The translations under genes and the position numbers were made by a program. A stretch of DNA of 64,000 nt, taken from positions 6,076,001-6,140,000 of the forward strand of contig OZ024745.1 in assembly GCA_964016885.1 (NCBI GenBank), given 5' to 3'. Source of the stretch: Eledone cirrhosa (lineage: Eukaryota). Shown here piece by piece: positions 53,801 through 64,000 of the stretch; the first letter of the stretch is position 1, and every line of letters begins with the position of its first letter. The notes below the pieces were generated by a model. That model worked only from the letters and a program-made list of their open reading frames with translations, had not been told where the DNA came from and ran no database searches.

Positions 53801-54929
53801 AACACGATATACAGCTTCCCAGACCATGTAACACAATATACACCTTCCCAGGCCATATAACACAATACACACCTTCCCAGGCCATATAACACAATATACA
53901 CCTTCCCAGACCATGTAACACAATATACACCTCCCCAGGCCATGTAACACAATATACACCTTCCCAGGCCATATAACACAATATACACCTTCCCAGACCA
54001 TATAACACGATATACAGCTTCCCAGATCATATAACACAATATACACCTTCCCAGGCCATGTAACACAATATACACCTTCCCAGGCCATATAACACGATAT
54101 ACACCTTCCCAGACCATGTAACACAATATACACCTTCCCAGGCCATATAACACAATACACACCTTCCCAGGCCATATAACACAATATACACCTTCCCAGG
54201 CCATATAACACAATACACACCTTCCCAGGCCATGTAACACAATATACACCTTCCCAGGCCATATAACACAATATACACCTTCCCAGACCATATAACACAA
54301 TATACACCTTCCCAGACCATATAACACAATATACACCTTCCCAGGCCATATAACACAATATACACCTTCCCAGACCATATAACACAATATACACCTTCCC
54401 AGGCCACGTAACACAATATACACCTTCCCAGGCCATGTAACACAATATAAACCTTCCCAGGCCATATAACACAATATACACCTTCCCAGGCCATGTAACA
54501 CAATATACACCTTCCCAGGCCATGTAACACAATATACACCTTCCCAGGCCATATAACACAATATACACCTTCCCAGGCCATGTAACACAATATACACCTT
54601 CCCAGGCCATGTAACACAATATACACCTTCCCAGGCCATATAACACAATATACACCTTCCCAGGCCATGTAACACAATATACACCTTCCCAGGCCATATA
54701 ACACAATATACACCTTCCCAGGCCATGTAACACAATATACACCTTCCCAGGCCATATAAAACAATATACACCTTCCCAGGCCATATAACACAATATACAC
54801 CTTCCCAGGCCATGTAACACAATATACACCTTCCCAGACCATATAACACAATATACATCTTCCCAGGCCATATAACACAATATACACCTTCCCAGGCCAT
54901 GTAACACAATATACACCTTCCCAGGCCAT

Positions 54930-57900
54930 GTAACACAATATACAACTTCCCAGGCCATATAACACAATATACACCTTCCCAGGCCATGTAACACAATATA
55001 CACCTTCCCAGACCATATAACACGATATACAACTTCCCAGGCCATATAACACAACATACACCTTCCCAGGCCATGTAACACAATATACACCTTCCCAGGC
55101 CATGTAACACAATATACACCTTCCCAGGCCATATAACACAACATACACCTTCCCAGGCCATGTAACACAATATACACCTTCCCAGGCCATATAACACAAT
55201 ATACACCTTCCCAGGCCATGTAACACAATATACACCTTCCTAGGCCATATAACACAATATACACCTTCCCAGGCCATGTAACACAATATACACCTTCCCA
55301 GGCCATATAACACAATATACACCTTCCCAGACCATATAACACAATACACACCTTCCCAGGCCATGTAACACAATATACACCTTCCCGGGCCATATAACAC
55401 AATATACACCTTCCCAGGCCATATAACACAACATACACCTTCCCAGGCCATGTAACACAATATACACCTTCCCAGACCATATAACACAATATACACCTTC
55501 CCAGACCATATAACACAATATACACCTTCCCAGACCATATAACACAAAATACACCTTCCCAGACCATATAACACAATATACACCTTCCCAGGCCATATAA
55601 CACAATATACACCTTTCCAGACCATATAACACAATATAAACCTTCCCAGACCATATAACACAATATACACCTTCCCAGGCCATATATCATAATATACACC
55701 TTCCCAGACCATATAACACAATATACACCTTCCCAGGCCATATAACACGATATACACCTTCCCAGATCATATAACACAATATACACCTTCCCAGGCCATG
55801 TAACACGATATACACCTTCCCAGGCCATATAACACAATATACACCTTCCCAGGCCATATAACACACAATATACACCTTCCCGGACCATATAACACAATAT
55901 ACACCTTCCAAGACCATATAACACAATATAGACCTTCCCAGACCATATAACACAATATACACCTTCCCAGGCCATATAACACAATATACACCTTCCCAGG
56001 CCAAGTAACGCAATATACATCTTCCTAGACCATTTAACACAATACACAACTTCCCAGGCCATGTAACACAATATACACCTTCCCAGGCCATATAACACAA
56101 TATACACCTTCCCAGGCCATATAACACAATATACACCTTCCCAGGCCATATAACACAATATACACCTTCCCAGGTCATATAACACAATATACACCTTCCC
56201 AAGCCATATAACACAATATACACCTTCCCAGGCCATATAACACAATACACACCTTCCCAGGCCATGTAACACACCAGATACACCTTCCCAGGCCATGTAA
56301 CACAATATACACCTTCCCAGGCCATATAACACAATATACAAATTCCCAGGCCATATAACACAATATACACCTTCCCAGGCCATATAACACAATACACACC
56401 TTCCCAGGCCATGTAACACACAATATACACCTTCCCAGGCCATGTAACACAATATACACCTTCCCAGGCCATGTAACACAATATACACCTTCCCAGGCCA
56501 TATAACACAATATACACCTTCCCAGACCATATAACACGATATACAGCTTCCCAGATCATATAACACAATATACACCTTCTCAGGCCATGTAACACAATAT
56601 ACACCTTCCCAGGCCATATAACACAATACACACCTTCCCAGGCCATATAACACCACATACACCTTCCCAGACCATATAACACAATACACACCTTCCCAGG
56701 CCATATAACACAATATACACCTTCCCAGACCATATAACACAATATACACCTTCCCAGACCATATGACACAATATACACCTTCCCAGGCCATATAACACAA
56801 TATACACCTTCCCAGACCATATAACACAATATACACCTTCCCAGGCCACGTAACACAATATACACCTTCCCAGGCCATGTAACACAATATACACCTTCCC
56901 AGGCCATATAACACAATATACACCTTCCCAGGCCATGTAACACAATATACACCTTCCCAGGCCATATAACACAATATACACCTTCCCAGGCCATGTAACA
57001 CAATATACACCTTCCCAGGCCATGTAACACAATATACACCTTCCCAGGCCATATAACACAATATACACCTTCCCAGGCCATGTAACACAACATATACCTT
57101 CCCAGGCCATGTAACACAATATACACCTTCCCAGGCCATATAACACAATATACACCTTCCCAGGCCATGTAACACAATATACACCTTCCCAGGCCATATA
57201 ACACAATTTACACCTTCCAAAGCCATGTAACACAATATACACCTTCCCAGGCCATGTAACACAATATAGACCTTCCCAGGCCATATAACACAATATACAC
57301 CTTCCCAGACCATATAACACAATATACACCTTCCCAGACCATGTAACACAATATACACCTTCCCAGGCCATATAACACAATATACACCTTCCCAGGCCAT
57401 GTAACACAATATACACCTTCCCAGACCATATAACACAATATACACCTTCCCAGGCCATGTAACACAATATACACCTTCCCAGGCCATATGACACAATATA
57501 CACCTTCCCAGGCCATATAACACAATATACACCTTCCCAGCCCATGTAACACAATATACACCTTCCCAGACCATATAACACAATATACATCTTCCCAGGC
57601 CATATAGCACAATATACACCTTCCCAGGCCATGTAACACAATATACACCTTCCCAGGCCATATAAAACAATATACACCTTCCCAGGCCATATAACACAAT
57701 ATACACCTTCCCAGGCCATGTAACACAATATACACCTTCCCAGACCATATAACACAATATACATCTTCCCAGGCCATATAACACAATATACACCTTCCCA
57801 GGCCATGTAACACAATATACACCTTCCCAGGCCATATAACACAATATACACCTTCCCAGACCATATAACACAATATACACCTTCCCAGGTCATGTAACAC

Positions 57901-60900
57901 AATATACACCTTCCCAGGCCATATAACACAATATACACCTTCCCAGACCATATAACACAATATACACCTTCCCAGGCCACGTAACACAATATACACCTTC
58001 CCAGGCCATGTAACACAATATACACCTTCCCAGGCCATATAACACAATATACACCTTCCCAGGCCATGTAACACAATATACACCTTCCCAGGCCATATAA
58101 CACAATATACACCTTCCCAGGCCATGTAACACAATATACACCTTCCCAGGCCATGTAACACAATATACACCTTCCCAGGCCATATAACACAATATACACC
58201 TTCCCAGGCCATGTAACACAACATATACCTTCCCAGGCCATGTAACACAATATACACCTTCCCAGGCCATATAACACAATATACACCTTCCCAGGCCATG
58301 TAACACAATATACACCTTCCCAGGCCATATAACACAATTTACACCTTCCAAAGCCATGTAACACAATATACACCTTCCCAGGCCATGTAACACAATATAG
58401 ACCTTCCCAGGCCATATAACACAATATACACCTTCCCAGACCATATAACACAATATACACCTTCCCAGACCATGTAACACAATATACACCTTCCCAGGCC
58501 ATATAACACAATATACACCTTCCCAGGCCATGTAACACAATATACACCTTCCCAGACCATATAACACAATATACACCTTCCCAGGCCATGTAACACAATA
58601 TACACCTTCCCAGGCCATATGACACAATATACACCTTCCCAGGCCATATAACACAATATACACCTTCCCAGCCCATGTAACACAATATACACCTTCCCAG
58701 ACCATATAACACAATATACATCTTCCCAGGCCATATAGCACAATATACACCTTCCCAGGCCATGTAACACAATATACACCTTCCCAGGCCATATAAAACA
58801 ATATACACCTTCCCAGGCCATATAACACAATATACACCTTCCCAGGCCATGTAACACAATATACACCTTCCCAGACCATATAACACAATATACATCTTCC
58901 CAGGCCATATAACACAATATACACCTTCCCAGGCCATGTAACACAATATACACCTTCCCAGGCCATATAACACAATATACACCTTCCCAGACCATATAAC
59001 ACAATATACACCTTCCCAGGTCATGTAACACAATATACACCTTCCCAGGCCATATAACACAATATACAACTTCCCAGGCCATGTAACACAATATACACCT
59101 TCCCAGACCATATAACACAATATACACCTTCCCAGGCCATATAACACAATACACACCTTCCCAGGCCATGTAACACAATATACACCTTCCCAGGCCATGT
59201 AACACAATATACACCTTCCCAGGCCATGTAACACGATATACACCTTCCCAGACCATATAACACAATATACACCTTCCCAGGCCACGTAACACAATATACA
59301 CCTTCCCAGGCCATGTAACACAATATACACCTTCCCAGGCCATATAACACAATATACACCTTCCCAGGCCATGTAACACAATATACACCTTCCAGGCCAT
59401 ATAACACAATATACACCTTCCCAGGCCATGTAACACAATATACACCTTCCCAGGCCATGTAACACAATATACACCTTCCCAGGCCATATAACACAATATA
59501 CACCTTCCCAGACCATTTAACACAATATACACCTTCCCAGGCTATGTAACACAATATACACCTTCCCAGACCATATAACACAATATACATCTTCCCAGGC
59601 CATATAACACAATATACACCTTCCCAGGCCATGTAACACAATATACACCTTCCCAGGCCATGTAACACAATATACACCTTCCCAGACCATATAACACAAT
59701 ATACACCTTCCCAGGCCATGTAACACAATATACACCTTCCCAGGCCATATAACACAATATACAACTTCCCAGGCCATATAGCACAATATACAGATTCCCA
59801 GGCCATATAACACAATATACACCTTCCCAGGCCATGTAACACAATATACACCTTCCCAGGCCATATAAAACAATATACACCTTCCCAGGCCATATAACAC
59901 AATATACACCTTCCCAGGCCATGTAACACAATATACACCTTCCCAGGCCATGTAACACAATATACAACTTCCCAGGCCATATAACACAATATACACCTTC
60001 CCAGGCCATGTAACACAATATACACCTTCCCAGACCATATAACACGATATACAACTTCCCAGGCCATATAACACAACATACACCTTCCCAGGCCATGTAA
60101 CACAATATACACCTTCCCAGGCCATGTAACACAATATACACCTTCCCAGGCCATATAACACAACATACACCTTCCCAGGCCATGTAACACAATATACACC
60201 TTCCCAGGCCATATAACACAATATACACCTTCCCAGGCCATGTAACACAATATACACCTTCCTAGGCCATATAACACAATATACACCTTCCCAGGCCATG
60301 TAACACAATATACACCTTCCCAGGCCATATAATACAATATACACCTTCCCAGACCATATAACACAATACACACCTTCCCAGGCCATGTAACACAATATAC
60401 ACCTTCCCAGGCCATATAACACAATATACACCTTCCCAGGCCATATAACACAACATACACCTTCCCAGGCCATGTAACACAATATACACCTTCCCAGACC
60501 ATATAACACAATATACACCTTCCCAGACCATATAACACAATATACACCTTCCCAGACCATATAACACAAAATACACCTTCCCAGACCATATAACACAATA
60601 TACACCTTCCCAGGCCATATAACACAATATACACCTTTCCAGACCATATAACACAATATAAACCTTCCCAGACCATATAACACAATATACACCTTCCCAG
60701 GCCATATATCATAATATACACCTTCCCAGACCATATAACACAATATACACCTTCCCAGGCCATATAACACGATATACACCTTCCCAGATCATATAACACA
60801 ATATACACCTTCCCAGGCCATGTAACACGATATACACCTTCCCAGGCCATATAACACAATATACACCTTCCCAGGCCATATAACACACAATATACACCTT

Positions 60901-63900
60901 CCCAGACCATATAACACAATATACACCTTCCAAGACCATATAACACAATATAGACCTTCCCAGACCATATAACACAATATACACCTTCCCAGGCCATATA
61001 ACACAATATACACCTTCCCAGGCCAAGTAACGCAATATACATCTTCCTAGACCATTTAACACAATACACAACTTCCCAGGCCATGTAACACAATATACAC
61101 CTTCCCAGGCCATATAACACAATATACACCTTCCCAGGCCATATAACACAATATACACCTTCCCAGGCCATATAACACAATATACACCTTCCCAGGTCAT
61201 ATAACACAATATACACCTTCCCAGGCCATATAACACAATACACACCTTCCCAGGCCATGTAACACAATATACACCTTCCCAGGCCATGTAACACAATATA
61301 CACCTTCCCAGGCCATGTAACACGATATACACCTTCCCAGACCATATAACACAATATACACCTTCCCAGGCCACGTAACACAATATACACCTTCCCAGGC
61401 CATGTAACACAATATACACCTTCCCAGGCCATATAACACAATATACACCTTCCCAGGCCATGTAACACAATATACACCTTCCAGGCCATATAACACAATA
61501 TACACCTTCCCAGGCCATGTAACACAATATACACCTTCCCAGGCCATGTAACACAATATACACCTTCCCAGGCCATATAACACAATATACACCTTCCCAG
61601 ACCATTTAACACAATATACACCTTCCCAGGCTATGTAACACAATATACACCTTCCCAGACCATATAACACAATATACATCTTCCCAGGCCATATAACACA
61701 ATATACACCTTCCCAGGCCATGTAACACAATATACACCTTCCCAGGCCATATAACACAATATACACCTTCCCAGACCATATAACACAATATACACCTTCC
61801 CAGGCCATGTAACACAATATACACCTTCCCAGGCCATATAACACAATATACAACTTCCCAGGCCATATAGCACAATATACAGATTCCCAGGCCATATAAC
61901 ACAATATACACCTTCCCAGGCCATGTAACACAATATACACCTTCCCAGGCCATATAAAACAATATACACCTTCCCAGGCCATATAACACAATATACACCT
62001 TCCCAGGCCATGTAACACAATATACACCTTCCCAGACCATATAACACAATATACATCTTCCCAGGCCATATAACACAATATACACCTTCCCAGGCCATGT
62101 AACACAATATACACCTTCCCAGGCCATGTAACACAATATACACCTTCCCAGGCCATGTAACACAATATACACCTTCCCAGGCCATATAACACAATATACA
62201 AATTCCCAGGCCATATAACACAATATACACCTTCCCAGGCCATATAACACAATACACACCTTCCCAGGCCATGTAACACACAATATACACCTTCCCAGGC
62301 CATGTAACACAATATACACCTTCCCAGGCCATGTAACACAATATACACCTTCCCAGGCCATATAACACAATATACACCTTCCCAGACCATATAACACGAT
62401 ATACAGCTTCCCAGATCATATAACACAATATACACCTTCTCAGGCCATGTAACACAATATACACCTTCCCAGGCCATATAACACAATATACAACTTCCCA
62501 GGCCATATAACACAATATACACCTTCCCAGGCCATGTAACACAATATACACCTTCCCAGACCATATAACACGATATACAACTTCCCAGGCCATATAACAC
62601 AACATACACCTTCCCAGGCCATGTAACACAATATACACCTTCCCAGGCCATGTAACACAATATACACCTTCCCAGGCCATATAACACAACATACACCTTC
62701 CCAGGCCATGTAACACAATATACACCTTCCCAGGCCATATAACACAATATACACCTTCCCAGGCCATGTAACACAATATACACCTTCCTAGGCCATATAA
62801 CACAATATACACCTTCCCAGGCCATGTAACACAATATACACCTTCCCAGGCCATATAATACAATATACACCTTCCCAGACCATATAACACAATACACACC
62901 TTCCCAGGCCATGTAACACAATATACACCTTCCCAGGCCATATAACACAATATACACCTTCCCAGGCCATATAACACAACATACACCTTCCCAGGCCATG
63001 TAACACAATATACACCTTCCCAGACCATATAACACAATATACACCTTCCCAGACCATATAACACAATATACACCTTCCCAGACCATATAACACAAAATAC
63101 ACCTTCCCAGACCATATAACACAATATACACCTTCCCAGGCCATATAACACAATATACACCTTTCCAGACCATATAACACAATATAAACCTTCCCAGACC
63201 ATATAACACAATATACACCTTCCCAGGCCATATATCATAATATACACCTTCCCAGACCATATAACACAATATACACCTTCCCAGGCCATATAACACGATA
63301 TACACCTTCCCAGATCATATAACACAATATACACCTTCCCAGGCCATGTAACACGATATACACCTTCCCAGGCCATATAACACAATATACACCTTCCCAG
63401 GCCATATAACACACAATATACACCTTCCCAGACCATATAACACAATATACACCTTCCAAGACCATATAACACAATATAGACCTTCCCAGACCATATAACA
63501 CAATATACACCTTCCCAGGCCATATAACACAATATACACCTTCCCAGGCCAAGTAACGCAATATACATCTTCCTAGACCATTTAACACAATACACAACTT
63601 CCCAGGCCATGTAACACAATATACACCTTCCCAGGCCATATAACACAATATACACCTTCCCAGGCCATATAACACAATATACACCTTCCCAGGCCATATA
63701 ACACAATATACACCTTCCCAGGTCATATAACACAATATACACCTTCCCAGGCCATATAACACAATACACACCTTCCCAGGCCATGTAACACAATATACAC
63801 CTTCCCAGGCCATGTAACACAATATACACCTTCCCAGGCCATGTAACACGATATACACCTTCCCAGACCATATAACACAATATACACCTTCCCAGGCCAC

Positions 63901-64000
63901 GTAACACAATATACACCTTCCCAGGCCATGTAACACAATATACACCTTCCCAGGCCATATAACACAATATACACCTTCCCAGGCCATGTAACACAATATA
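54930..64000. repeat. Triplicated block (~54.9-56.2, ~59.95-61.2 and ~62.5-63.7 kb; offsets 5022 and 2526) plus an interleaved duplication at offset 2089
   Basis: ORFs 55240..55683 / 60262..60705 / 62788..63231. A heavily mutated unit pair GCCAAGTAACGCAATATACATCTTCCTAGACCATTTAAC at ~56000, ~61022 and ~63548. ORF lower ends 59517 / 61606. Confidence 0.9.
56770..59060. repeat. Tandem duplication, period 1131 bp (39 units), no differences noticed by eye
   Basis: Private variants CAACATATACC (~57088 / ~58219), AATTTACACCTTCCAAAGCC (~57205 / ~58336) and CATATAGCAC (~57601 / ~58732). 1131 = 39x29. Confidence 0.93.

Larger units (their letters stand above)
1..64000. repeat. 29-bp tandem repeat array (satellite DNA), ~2,200 head-to-tail units, consensus AACACAATATACACCTTCCCAG(G/A)CCAT(G/A)T; both ends lie outside the window
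   Basis: The unit is read directly at 1-29, 30-58, 59-87 and onward to base 64000. Most units carry 0-2 substitutions, with rare +2 or -1 length variants. No inversion or foreign insertion seen. The unit is about 38-45% GC and the + strand is A/C-rich with only 1-3 G per unit. Confidence 0.99.

Noticed and set aside
52133-57880. 1915-aa ORF (also 1603 aa at 43299..48110, 1374 aa at 5291..9415, and all other track ORFs) as real genes
   Set aside because: All three minus frames give the same repeat peptide with no unique N- or C-terminal domain. ORF ends coincide with sporadic variants, each of which stops only one frame. With a stop variant every few hundred bp overall, a longest run of 5-6 kb is roughly what chance gives (rough estimate, not computed).
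1-64000. CRISPR array (29 bp is a typical CRISPR repeat length)
   Set aside because: Units abut directly with no unique spacers, no leader, no cas genes and no substantial palindrome.
1-64000. Human minisatellite MS32 (also 29 bp with a HaeIII dimorphism)
   Set aside because: Only the unit length and a GGCC/GACC-type dimorphism are analogous. As I recall it, the MS32 unit is G-rich and otherwise unrelated in sequence.
1-64000. Variant order as an encoded message, antigenic-variation cassette store or diversity-generating system
   Set aside because: The order is adequately explained by nested duplications of earlier blocks. No recombinase, reverse transcriptase, expression site or target gene is in the window.
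1-64000. Pure sequencing or amplification artefact (rolling-circle concatemer, synthetic repeat)
   Set aside because: Rare variants recur in ordered, hierarchically related blocks, which random error or copying of a single circle would not generate. The exact copy number of near-identical blocks could still be mis-assembled.
1-64000. Embedded transposon, tRNA/rRNA, inversion or unique island
   Set aside because: None seen on reading through. Every segment conforms to the 29-bp unit in the same orientation.

Overview
The entire 64,000-bp window is one uninterrupted, single-orientation tandem array (satellite or very long minisatellite) of a 29-bp unit, consensus AACACAATATACACCTTCCCAGRCCATRT. 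There are about 2,200 copies (64000/29), and the array runs off both ends. I see no unique sequence, gene, RNA gene, transposon or CRISPR spacer. The ORFs in the track are a by-product of the unit: its minus strand has no stop triplet in any frame, so three units (87 nt) read as the same 29-aa peptide in all three frames. The real information is in the order of unit variants. There is a three-state common alphabet (GGCCATG / GGCCATA / GACCATA) and about 40 rare marker variants. These expose a patchwork of recent duplications in whole-unit steps (offsets 232 to 5343 bp), two ancestral variant modules reused across the window, 87-bp trimer runs, and position-restricted variants. The host organism and any function cannot be determined from the sequence. 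I found no support for a novel protein-coding or defence system.
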